Of a DNA stretch of 64,000 nt, positions 1-8,121 are shown piece after piece. The DNA is from Myxococcota bacterium (GTDB lineage: Bacteria; Myxococcota_A; UBA9160; UBA4427): NCBI GenBank assembly GCA_029268645.1, contig JAQWNI010000094.1:6809-70808 (forward strand), given 5' to 3'. The first letter of the stretch is position 1, and the number at the start of each line of letters is the position of its first letter. The position numbers were made by a program, and so were the translations under genes. The notes below the pieces were generated by a model that was not told where the DNA came from, ran no database searches, and saw only the letters and a program-made list of their open reading frames with translations.

Positions 1-1
1 T

Positions 2-784
2 CGCAGTGTCTCCGAATTACCTCCCCGTCATCTCAGCCAGGACGACCCGAACCGAAGAGAAGAAAGGCTTCTTGAAATCGTCCCCCGAGAGCGCAGGCGG
101 GTCTATAAGATGCGCAAAATCGTCGAAGCCGTTGTTGATGAAGGCTCCTTTTTTGAAATGGGAGCCGGATATGGCCGCTCCCAAATTACGGGATTCGCCC
201 GCCTCGACGGCTGGCCCGTCGGGCTCTGGGCCAACGATCCCATGTTCTATGGGGGATCCATGACCGCTGCAGGTGCCCAGAAAGCGCGGCGGTTCATCGA
301 GCTCTGCGACACCTTCCATCTGCCTATCGTGGCCTTAGTGGACGAACCGGGTTTCATGATTGGGTCGGAAGCCGAGGCCGCCGGCACCATTCGATACGGT
401 GTCGAGGCGATCTGTGCGACTGTGCGCAGCCGGGTTCCCTGGGCCTCGGTTTTGATCCGCAAGACCTACGGCGTCGCCGCAGCGGCGCACTTTGGACCTC
501 GAGGCGAAGTCCTAGCCTGGCCCTCGGCTGAAGCGGGCGCGCTCCCCATTGAGGGGGGTGTCGCCGTAGCGTTCCGGCGAGAAATTGCCGAGGCCGACGA
601 CCCCGAGGGCAAACGCAAGGAACTCGAAGACAAACTCTCCGCCGGGCGCAGCCCTTTTCCCCGGTCCGAGTCGTTTGGGGTCCACGACCTGATCGACCCC
701 CGTGAGACAAGGCCGAGACTCTGCGCATGGGCCGGCCTCGCGCGACGGGTGATCGAGGACCAATTCAACGACCGAAGGCGCTAA
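2..784 (+). CDS. acyl-CoA carboxylase carboxyltransferase (beta-type) subunit, C-terminal portion; 5' end lies outside the window
   Basis: Frame 2 is open from the window edge, and track ORF 110..784 is its tail. The translation ...LEIVPRERRRVYKMRKIVEAVVDEGSFFE..., ARRFIELCDTFHLPIVALVDEPGFMIG and IRKTYGVAAAA is typical of the second crotonase-like half of PccB/AccD-type carboxyltransferases. Confidence 0.85.
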   Translation, partial: RSVSELPPRHLSQDDPNRREERLLEIVPRERRRVYKMRKIVEAVVDEGSFFEMGAGYGRSQITGFARLDGWPVGLWANDPMFYGGSMTAAGAQKARRFIELCDTFHLPIVALVDEPGFMIGSEAEAAGTIRYGVEAICATVRSRVPWASVLIRKTYGVAAAAHFGPRGEVLAWPSAEAGALPIEGGVAVAFRREIAEADDPEGKRKELEDKLSAGRSPFPRSESFGVHDLIDPRETRPRLCAWAGLARRVIEDQFNDRRR

Positions 785-807
785 GAGGGCTTCTCCTTCC
801 TCAGCGA

Positions 808-1455
808 TTAAAAAAGTCCCCAGAATCGAGGACGCTTCAGTTCCTCCCGACAGCCCTCGTACTGACGTTGATAACGAGAGGCCCTTCGGCCCACCCGGAT
901 GGCAACGCGACCGAGCCAAGCCTTGGAAAGATGACTTCCTCTGAGATATCCGCCCGGCCCTTCGTGATAAGCCGCGTAGAGTTCCGTGGCATCTTCTTTT
1001 TCGATGCCCGTCCGAAGATGAATTCGATGGCTATACCAACCGATAAAATCGGCCACGTCGGAAAAATTCCGCCTCGACGCACTGGCCCGATCGACACTAT
1101 TTTTATAGTCCCCCCATGTCTCATCGATCACCTGGCCGTACCCATACGCACTTGAGGGCCGCGGCCCCGGAAAAATCCAAAGGATTTGCTCTCTGGGCGG
1201 ACGCGCATTGGAACGAAAGCTTGACTCTTGATGAATAATCGCCAGCTGAACGGCGGGGGGAACACCCCATTTCTCGTAACTTCGCTCAGCACTCCGGTGC
1301 CAATCTCGCTTCTCTCGAAAAATACTGCAAAGGTCCTCCGGCTCCTTAGGTGGCCCGCTGCCGCAGGAGACCCAGGCGAGCGGACCGCCGATCAGAACTC
1401 CCAGCAACAGCCACCCCAACGCGACGATGCGTCCGTTCGTTGCGTGGCGGGTCAT
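808..1455 (-). CDS. lipoprotein with SLT-like lytic transglycosylase domain
   Basis: 215-aa ORF. The N-terminal hydrophobic segment ends in a lipobox-like WVSCGS. AIIHQESSF contains the catalytic E-S motif of SLT-family transglycosylases, followed by AYGYGQV. Confidence 0.6.
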   Translation of the reverse strand: MTRHATNGRIVALGWLLLGVLIGGPLAWVSCGSGPPKEPEDLCSIFREKRDWHRSAERSYEKWGVPPAVQLAIIHQESSFRSNARPPREQILWIFPGPRPSSAYGYGQVIDETWGDYKNSVDRASASRRNFSDVADFIGWYSHRIHLRTGIEKEDATELYAAYHEGPGGYLRGSHLSKAWLGRVAIRVGRRASRYQRQYEGCREELKRPRFWGLF

Positions 1456-1543
1456 TTTTGACGCCCCCCCAAGTCAGTTCCCTCCCGGTCGACTGCAGCC
1501 CGAGCACTCGGGGCGGACCCCTTTCACGGTACCCATAGCCACT

Positions 1544-2494
1544 TCAGAAGAGGGAACCGATCGCCTCTCCGAGTCGCAGGGGTGTCCCCGGAGGCTGTTC
1601 AGTCAAGGAAGCTCGGCCTGGACCAACGATCAAAACGATGGTCGAACCGAATTCGAATCGCCCCCACTCTTCCCCCCGTCTAAGCGGAATGCCATGCGGG
1701 TAGCTGTGGGTCGTCTTTTCTGCCCCTGGACGACGCGAAGCCAATTCATCAAAGGTCAGACGAATCTTGCCAACCAGTGTCGCCCCGACGGCCACCATGA
1801 CGAGATCCGTCGATTCGTTGCTCAACCGATCGCCCATTTGCATGTGGGCACAAATCCGTTCGTTACGGACAAAAAGATCCGGGATGCCCTCCAAGCCGAT
1901 CCGATTGACCGGCCATAACTGCCCCGGCACATGGGTCGCCTTCTGGACTCGAGCATCGCAGGGCGCATGAAAGCGATGATAGTCCCGAGGGGCCAAGTAG
2001 AACGTGGCAAAAAAGCCCCCTTCGAAATGCTTGGCTCGATCTGGGTCATCGAGCAGATCGGCCAGCGAATAGGTTCGGCCCTTCACTTGAACCAGTCGAC
2101 CCAATTTAACTTTCCCCGATTCCCCCCAGGCTCCGTCACATGGCGCCACCAGCGCGTCCACCCGGGGAGAAACTGGCCGAGCCCCCGGACGGAGCGCACG
2201 AGTAAAAAAGGCCTGCAAGCATTCAAAGGTTTCCAGAGGGTCTCGCGCCTCAGAAAGGTCGGCCCCTACTGCTGCGGCAAACCCCCGCCAGAGGAACGGG
2301 CGCAATTTCCGGGGGATTCGAACCGCCGCAACGCGTCCGATCGCCGCGGACAGGGCGCTACGAGGCAGCAGCCGGATCACTCCGATCCAGCCGAGCCGAG
2401 TTTCTTCCCTTCGCATTTTCCCCAGCGCCTCCACGAGGGAGCGGACCCTTGATTTCGCGGACCCGCTCTTCCCCGTCACCATCCACCACCTCAA
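1544..2494 (-). CDS. psd: phosphatidylserine decarboxylase proenzyme
   Basis: YLAPRDYHRFHAP motif and a C-terminal FEFGSTIVL (the G-S-T self-cleavage/pyruvoyl site). The exact start codon is uncertain because there are several in-frame Met codons. Confidence 0.85.
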   Translation of the reverse strand: MRWWMVTGKSGSAKSRVRSLVEALGKMRREETRLGWIGVIRLLPRSALSAAIGRVAAVRIPRKLRPFLWRGFAAAVGADLSEARDPLETFECLQAFFTRALRPGARPVSPRVDALVAPCDGAWGESGKVKLGRLVQVKGRTYSLADLLDDPDRAKHFEGGFFATFYLAPRDYHRFHAPCDARVQKATHVPGQLWPVNRIGLEGIPDLFVRNERICAHMQMGDRLSNESTDLVMVAVGATLVGKIRLTFDELASRRPGAEKTTHSYPHGIPLRRGEEWGRFEFGSTIVLIVGPGRASLTEQPPGTPLRLGEAIGSLF

Positions 2495-2537
2495 TCAATT
2501 CGGCAACGTTGGACTTGTTGAATGAATCTGTCTGATG

Positions 2538-2553
2538 TGTGACCAAAGTCACA
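2538..2553. promoter_or_regulatory. perfect CRP/FNR-family consensus palindrome TGTGA-N6-TCACA
   Basis: The sequence tgtgaccaaagtcaca lies in the 240-bp psd/cdaA-side intergenic region. Its centre is about 51 bp upstream of the psd ATG (minus strand) and about 62 bp upstream of a 28-codon + strand mini-ORF. Confidence 0.3.
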
Positions 2554-2734
2554 GAGTGCGACCTCTCATCCTGCTTTTATTCCGTAATCGTCAACCGGGG
2601 GAAGAGCATGAATGAGGCCGCCAGCATCGTGGGATTGATCTTGCTCGGATTAACCTGGTTCGCTCTACGGGGGATGGATCGGCGAAAGCCCTGACCCTTT
2701 CGATCGACTGGGTGAAGCGGGTCCGTCTCGGCGC

Positions 2735-3997
2735 CTAAGGGCCCCGAACACTCAAACGCACCTTCGCCGGCGATACGGAAACCGCCCGCAACCCCTCCGG
2801 TCCCTCGATATCGTCTAAGGACACACTGAAGGTTCTCCGCCCTAGCTTCACCAACAGGGCGTCGACTCGGATGACGAGGTCTCCACTTCGAGCGAGAAAG
2901 CGATCTCGCCGACGACCCTGAAAGCGTACGGTGACTTCGTGGGGCTCCACACTGACAAGGGCGTAGGGTTCGGGCAGGTTTTCAACGACCACAGGCACCG
3001 TCCAATCAAAGGTTTCCAGCGTCGCACCGGGCACCGTCAATGCCCACAGCCCGAAGGCGACAGCTACAGCCATCAGCGCTTCACGCCAGCGCCCCCGCAA
3101 GCGGGCCCACCACTCCCCGAGGTCCTGCGGACGCGCCCCCGCCCGTGAGCGAGACACGAAATCGTCCAGCGCGGCGGCCAGTTTCTCCGGCCCCTCAACC
3201 GGTCTCAGCCTTCCTCCTTGAGCGAGAGAAACCGTGCCCCTCTCTTCACTGACCACCAGACACAGGGCATCGGTTCGCTCGGATAAACCCAGGGCCGCCG
3301 CGTGCCGAGTCCCCATTCCGGTGAGTTGATCCCAATCTGTCGAGAGCGGCAGATGGACACCGAAGCGTGAAACTTGGTTGGCCCTTAAAACGACCGCCCC
3401 ATCGTGCCCCGGGGTAGCGGGATCAAAGAGGCTGATGAGTAGAGGCTCACTGAGGCGTCCATCCAGATAGACACCCCCATCGAGATGCCGCTCAAGGGGC
3501 TCCCTGCCGGGCAAAACCATCAACGCGCCCACTTGACCCGCAGCCAATCGAAAAATCGTTCGAACCAGTGCCCGCTCGACTTCCGGGGGGGGCCGAGGTG
3601 CCTCGCGACGGAGGGCCCGAACCGCAATCACCTCAAACATCCGGCGCAGGTCATCCTGGAAGACGACCACCAACATGACGGCGACGGCCGCGAAAAAGCC
3701 CTGCAAAAGCCGAGTGGTGAGTTCTAGATTCAGCGCGTGAGCGAGGCCGAACAAGCCGGCAATCGAGGCCAAACCAATCAAGGCCAAGCGAGCACGAGAG
3801 GTCCGCAGCCACGCAATACCAAACCAGATCAACATGGCCGCAATGGCAATGTCGAACACGTCGCTCGGGCGAAGTTCCCCCAATAGCGGCAATCCCAGGC
3901 TCCAAATCGCCGGGTCGGGCGACGTCGGCACGCCCCCACGCCCCGATCCTTGGGGGACAATACCCGAACCGGCCTCGAGGCCAACCCCCACACACAC
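2735..3997 (-). CDS. cdaA: diadenylate cyclase (CdaA-type: 3 TM + DAC domain) fused to a C-terminal TM helix and a YbbR/CdaR-like domain
   Basis: N-terminal DVFDIAIAAMLIWFGIAWLRTSRA resembles the CdaA membrane region. DAC motifs are present: DGAVVL and GMGTRHAAALGLSERTDALCLVVSEERGTVSLA. These are followed by a TM helix (ALMAVAVAFGLWALTV) and a beta-rich segment, VPVVVENLPEPYALVSVEPHEVTVRFQG...VSVSPAKVRLSV, that looks like a YbbR repeat. The true start is probably downstream of 3997, possibly a TTG. Confidence 0.8.
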   Translation of the reverse strand: MCVGVGLEAGSGIVPQGSGRGGVPTSPDPAIWSLGLPLLGELRPSDVFDIAIAAMLIWFGIAWLRTSRARLALIGLASIAGLFGLAHALNLELTTRLLQGFFAAVAVMLVVVFQDDLRRMFEVIAVRALRREAPRPPPEVERALVRTIFRLAAGQVGALMVLPGREPLERHLDGGVYLDGRLSEPLLISLFDPATPGHDGAVVLRANQVSRFGVHLPLSTDWDQLTGMGTRHAAALGLSERTDALCLVVSEERGTVSLAQGGRLRPVEGPEKLAAALDDFVSRSRAGARPQDLGEWWARLRGRWREALMAVAVAFGLWALTVPGATLETFDWTVPVVVENLPEPYALVSVEPHEVTVRFQGRRRDRFLARSGDLVIRVDALLVKLGRRTFSVSLDDIEGPEGLRAVSVSPAKVRLSVRGP

Positions 3998-4079
3998 TCA
4001 GAACTTCAAAAATCTCGGGCCCGTTGGTTGGGGTTCCGGACGGCTGGCCGCCGGCGCTCGGGTCTACGACACTCTTCCC

Positions 4080-4499
4080 ATGCGTTATCTCCATACGATG
4101 GTTCGCGTTTCCGACTTAGAAACCTCCCTAGAGTTCTATTGCCAACATCTCGGCCTCGTCGAGCAGCGACGCGTCGACGTTGAGGCCGGACGGTTTACCT
4201 TGGTTTTCCTCGGGGCACCGGGCAATCCGGAGGCTCAGGTCGAGCTCACTCACAATTGGGATCCCGAGCTGTACCCCGGTGGGCGAAACTTCGGGCACCT
4301 CGCGTATGAAGTCGACGACATTTACGCGATATGCCAACGCCTCCAGAACGCGGGCATCTCGATCAACCGTCCTCCGCGAGACGGCCACATGGCTTTCGTC
4401 CGTTCACCGGATGGGATCTCGATCGAATTGTTGCAAAAAGGGGGAGCCCTTCCCGTTCAAGAGCCCTGGAAGTCCATGGAGAATATCGGGGAATGGTAA
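4080..4499 (+). CDS. gloA: lactoylglutathione lyase (glyoxalase I)
   Basis: MRYLHTMVRVSDLETSLEFYCQHLGL...ELTHNWD...GHLAYEVDDIY...PDGISIELLQ is a classic GloA/VOC pattern. I moved the start to the ATG at 4080; the track ORF begins at 3834 as a spurious extension. Confidence 0.85.
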   Translation: MRYLHTMVRVSDLETSLEFYCQHLGLVEQRRVDVEAGRFTLVFLGAPGNPEAQVELTHNWDPELYPGGRNFGHLAYEVDDIYAICQRLQNAGISINRPPRDGHMAFVRSPDGISIELLQKGGALPVQEPWKSMENIGEW

Positions 4500-5338
4500 G
4501 CGGCCCAGCCAACGGTGCTCCGATTCGGGTCGTGACAGAGAGCTTTCCGGGACGTCCTATTTTCGACACGGCCGTGACCCACGCTCTGCTTCGACAAGTC
4601 GCCGAGGGGGATTGTCCGGAAACCATCCGGCTTTACGTCCCTGATGACATCGTTCTTTTTTCTCTTCTTGATGCGCGGCGACCTGGCTTCGTCCGCGCGC
4701 GGCAAGCCGGGCAAGCTTGCGGTTCCGCTGCAGTGCTGCGCTTGGCGGGGGGACACGCTGCGCTCTTTCATCCCCAATGCCTCGCTTTTTCATGGGCCAT
4801 GCCCGACTCCGGCGAGCGGGATGCCATTCAAAAACGTTTCCAGTCCATCTCGGAGTGGCTCCGATCCGGACTCAGCCAAGTAGGCGTCGACGCACGAATC
4901 GGCGAGGTACCGGGTGAATACTGCCCGGGTGAGTACAGCGTGAATGCCGAGGGCCGACTCAAGCTCATGGGAGTCGGCCAGCGCGTCGTCCGAGGTGCCG
5001 CCCACATTGGAGGTGTCATCGTCGTGGGCGATTCTCAACGCGTAAAAAATGTGCTTCGTCCCGTCTATCAGGCCCTAGACCTCAGTTGGGATCCTGAGAC
5101 CGCTGGCGCCGTCGAGGACGTGGTTCCCGGGGTTCACCCAACGGATGTCCGGAGTGCTCTCCTCGATCACCTCGGGAACCAGCGTGACTGGACCACGGGA
5201 AGAATCGATCCGGCGACGCGAAGACGCGCAGAATCTCTCCTCGACTGGCACGACCCGTCTCGCTCTCCCCGGGCAAACGCCACAGCCCAGCCGGGTTCAA
5301 AGATCGTCACTCTCCAAGACTCGACCACAGAGGCCTAA
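4493..5338 (+). CDS. lipoate-protein ligase / BPL-LplA-LipB family protein
   Basis: GEYCPGEYSVNAEGRLKLMGVGQRVVRGAAHIGGVIVV resembles the LplA-family catalytic core, including the conserved Lys in KLMG. The ATG at 4493 overlaps the gloA stop (ATGGTAA). Confidence 0.6.
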   Translation: MVSGPANGAPIRVVTESFPGRPIFDTAVTHALLRQVAEGDCPETIRLYVPDDIVLFSLLDARRPGFVRARQAGQACGSAAVLRLAGGHAALFHPQCLAFSWAMPDSGERDAIQKRFQSISEWLRSGLSQVGVDARIGEVPGEYCPGEYSVNAEGRLKLMGVGQRVVRGAAHIGGVIVVGDSQRVKNVLRPVYQALDLSWDPETAGAVEDVVPGVHPTDVRSALLDHLGNQRDWTTGRIDPATRRRAESLLDWHDPSRSPRANATAQPGSKIVTLQDSTTEA

Positions 5339-5349
5339 GGCGTATCCCT

Positions 5350-6690
5350 CTACCCCTCGAGGCCATATTCCTGGATTTTGCGCCGGAGAGTTGACCGATC
5401 GATGTCCAGCAGCTTCGCGGCTCGGGTGCGATTGCCCGAACAGTCCTCGAGAGCCTGAACGATCGCTCGCCGCTCCACCTCGCGGAGCGAGAGCCCTCGG
5501 GACAGCGGAACGGCCGCTGCAGCCGTCTCAAGCGGAGCGCCGGCGCCCTCCCCGTCAAGATCCATTGTCTCAAGAGAGAGATGAGTAAGCGTAATCCGAG
5601 CCCCCCCCGAAGCCGCCTTCGCACCTTGAACGATGTTCCGAAGCTGACGAACGTTCCCAGGCCACGGCGCCCGGGTCAGGGCCTCCATCGCTTCCGTACT
5701 GAATTCAAGCGCGTCGTCTCCCAGAAAATGGACTGCAAGGAGAGGAATATCCTCTCGGCGCTCTCGCAAGGTAGGCAGATTGATTTCAATTCCCCGAAGC
5801 CGGTAGTAGAGATCGTCCCGCAGGCTCCCATCGGCCATCATCGGCCGGGGATCCCGGTTTGTGGCAGCCACGAAGCGCACCGATACGACTTGGCTCTTTT
5901 CTGCACCCACTGGCCGGACCTCTCCATCATCGATGACTCGCAGCAGCTTGGCCTGGTGGGGCATCGTCATCGTCTCAAGCTCGTCGAGAAAAAGCACCCC
6001 CCCATCGGCTTGCCTAAGCAAACCCTCATGGTCCCGATCAGCTCCGGTAAACGATCCCTTTCTATGTCCGAAAAATTCACTTTCAAACAACTCCGTCGGC
6101 GCGAGTGCACAGTTGTGAGCGATAAACGGCCCCGTCGACAAAGAGGAATGACTGTGAATCGCGCGTGAAACCAGTTCTTTGCCCGTCCCAGTGTCGCCGG
6201 TCACGAGGATATGCACGTCGCTCCGAGCAGCCATCACGACCTTGTGACGAACTTCGAGGATCGCCTTGCTGGCACCGATCAGCTCGGGAACGGCTCCTGA
6301 AACCTCACCACGAAAGGGGCGGCTGACCAAGGCCTTGTCCACTGCCGAGGAAAGCGACGCTGGGGAAGCCGGCTTCACCAGATAGTTGATCGCTCCCAGC
6401 TGAATTGCGCCAACCACATCCTCAACCGATTCATTGGCCGTCAACATGATGGCGGGCACTTCTGGCCATCGGTCCTTCAGATGCTCAAGCAGTTCTAGGC
6501 CGTCCATCTGAGGCATTCGGATGTCCGATATGACCAAGTCATAGCTTTGGTTCTCGAGCGCGATCAACGCTTCGATTCCATTAGCCGTCGTTCGCACCTC
6601 AAAATCGCGTTCTTCCAAGAGAACTCGGAGGTAATCAGAGGCCGACCGCTCGTCGTCCACGATCAGGATTCGATGACTCACGAAACTCAT
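5350..6690 (-). CDS. sigma-54-dependent response regulator (NtrC family: REC + AAA+ + Fis-type HTH)
   Basis: REC domain: ILIVDDE...DLVISDIRMPQMDG. Walker A: GDTGTGKE. ESEFFGH and GSFTGA (a GAFTGA variant). C-terminal HTH: NRTRAAKLLDIDRSTLRRKIQEYGL. Confidence 0.9.
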   Translation of the reverse strand: MSFVSHRILIVDDERSASDYLRVLLEERDFEVRTTANGIEALIALENQSYDLVISDIRMPQMDGLELLEHLKDRWPEVPAIMLTANESVEDVVGAIQLGAINYLVKPASPASLSSAVDKALVSRPFRGEVSGAVPELIGASKAILEVRHKVVMAARSDVHILVTGDTGTGKELVSRAIHSHSSLSTGPFIAHNCALAPTELFESEFFGHRKGSFTGADRDHEGLLRQADGGVLFLDELETMTMPHQAKLLRVIDDGEVRPVGAEKSQVVSVRFVAATNRDPRPMMADGSLRDDLYYRLRGIEINLPTLRERREDIPLLAVHFLGDDALEFSTEAMEALTRAPWPGNVRQLRNIVQGAKAASGGARITLTHLSLETMDLDGEGAGAPLETAAAAVPLSRGLSLREVERRAIVQALEDCSGNRTRAAKLLDIDRSTLRRKIQEYGLEG

Positions 6691-7972
6691 ATCCAGCGGA
6701 ACCCATCCGCGCCTCGTGCTTCAGCGGCAGGGCCATCTCAACCACGCCCCCCACCTGTTCTCCGGGCCGGGCATCGATACGACCCCCGTGCTCTTCCACG
6801 ATGCGTTTGGCCAAGAAAAGACCGTAGCCACTTCCGCCAGGCTTTGTGGTAAAGCCTGGTTTGAAAATTTCATCGGCTGCCAACCCGTTAAAACCGACTC
6901 CCTCATCCGTCACCCGTAAATGCAACGCGTCGTCGGCCACCCATGTCTCAACGATCGCCCGCCCCTGCCCTCCCATAGCCTCGACGGCATTTCGCATCAG
7001 AATCACGAGAGTCTCGGAGAGGGAGGTCTCCGCAATCGTCACATCGGGCTGCACACCGTCACTCCGCGCCTCCCAAATGACATCGGGGTGGGCCGACTCG
7101 AGTTCGTTCAAAGCGCGCGCAACCACTGGCATGAGACCGCTCGGAACGGCGGCCGTTGAAGGCGCCGCACCAGAAGGGGGTTCAGCCAATCGAGTGGATG
7201 CCGGAGATTGTTGCGAGCCCAACGTCAAATGGGCCAATTCCTCAAGGTCGTCAATGGCCCGGCGAAGTCCCTCCAGTGCGGATCGCCCTTCGGATCGCTC
7301 CTCGAAACGGGGCTCGATCAGACGGGCGAAGCCACGCAGGCTGTGAACCGCGTTCTTTAAACCATGGGCAAGCCGGGCGACGTTTTCGCCAAGTGCCGCC
7401 ACGAGACGCTCATCTTCCAGTTCTCGGGTCATGTCGTCGAGGCGGAGCACGAGACGTTCCCGCTCACGGATTTCGGCTGCCTGACGCATCAGCCAACGTC
7501 GGGTCACGAGCCATGTCGCCAAACCCATTCCAGCCAGAAAGCCTGTCTGGAGCACCATACCCAGCGCCACTTGGCGCCAACCCAACCCGGGCTGAAAGAA
7601 CTGTTGGACCCAGAGCCCAGCGACAGAACCGGCCGTCATCAGAGCGATCGATGCGGGCTGGAGTGTCATCGCCGAGAGCACGATTTCCAACCACAGCCCG
7701 GCCATGAAGGGAGACGCCACGCCGTTGGTGAAGTACACCAAGAATGTCCAGCCCCCCAAGCCGATCAGTGGGGAAGCGAACTCACAGGCCTTGGCCAAAC
7801 TCGGTCGCGAGCGCGCCATGTAAGCAAGAAAGTTGAGGGTGGCGCTGATGCCCACGACCCACAGCGCGACATAGCCAATGTGCAACTCGGCCCGAAAGAC
7901 ATACGCCGCCACGGCCCCTACGGAAAGCGCGAAGTGGCGAGCAAGAAGCACGCGATCGAAGGCGCGATTCAT
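6635..7972 (-). CDS. sensor histidine kinase (polytopic N-terminal domain, HisKA, HATPase_c)
   Basis: About 5-6 N-terminal TM segments. H-box region ARLAHGLKNAVHSLRGF. ATPase motifs RVTDEGVGF and KPGGSGYGLFLAKRIV. The 3' end overlaps the response-regulator start by 56 nt. Confidence 0.85.
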   Translation of the reverse strand: MNRAFDRVLLARHFALSVGAVAAYVFRAELHIGYVALWVVGISATLNFLAYMARSRPSLAKACEFASPLIGLGGWTFLVYFTNGVASPFMAGLWLEIVLSAMTLQPASIALMTAGSVAGLWVQQFFQPGLGWRQVALGMVLQTGFLAGMGLATWLVTRRWLMRQAAEIRERERLVLRLDDMTRELEDERLVAALGENVARLAHGLKNAVHSLRGFARLIEPRFEERSEGRSALEGLRRAIDDLEELAHLTLGSQQSPASTRLAEPPSGAAPSTAAVPSGLMPVVARALNELESAHPDVIWEARSDGVQPDVTIAETSLSETLVILMRNAVEAMGGQGRAIVETWVADDALHLRVTDEGVGFNGLAADEIFKPGFTTKPGGSGYGLFLAKRIVEEHGGRIDARPGEQVGGVVEMALPLKHEARMGSAGYEFRESSNPDRGRRAVGL

Positions 7973-8121
7973 GGCAATCTCTCAGGGCTTGGGTGCCCGG
8001 AACTGGGTTTGACGTTCAATATACCATGGGAACTTCGGCCTCTGCTCAAGAGCGAGCCCAAGGATCGGAACCCTGTGGACTGAAGCCCAGCCGCCACCGA
8101 CCAAAAATAGTCAAAAGGCGC

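Noticed and set aside
2300-2325. A GGTTCGAATCCCCC (tRNA T-arm/T-loop-like) sequence on the minus strand.
   Set aside because: It lies inside the psd coding frame (AAVRIPRK). The flanking bases do not form a T-stem or acceptor stem, and no D or anticodon arm is discernible.
6635-6690. The 56-nt overlap between the histidine kinase 3' end and the response regulator 5' end.
   Set aside because: Both ends are plausible: the HATPase domain ends before the overlap, and the REC domain starts 7 residues after the Met. This is probably ordinary operon overlap or a slightly extended kinase tail, not a distinct feature.
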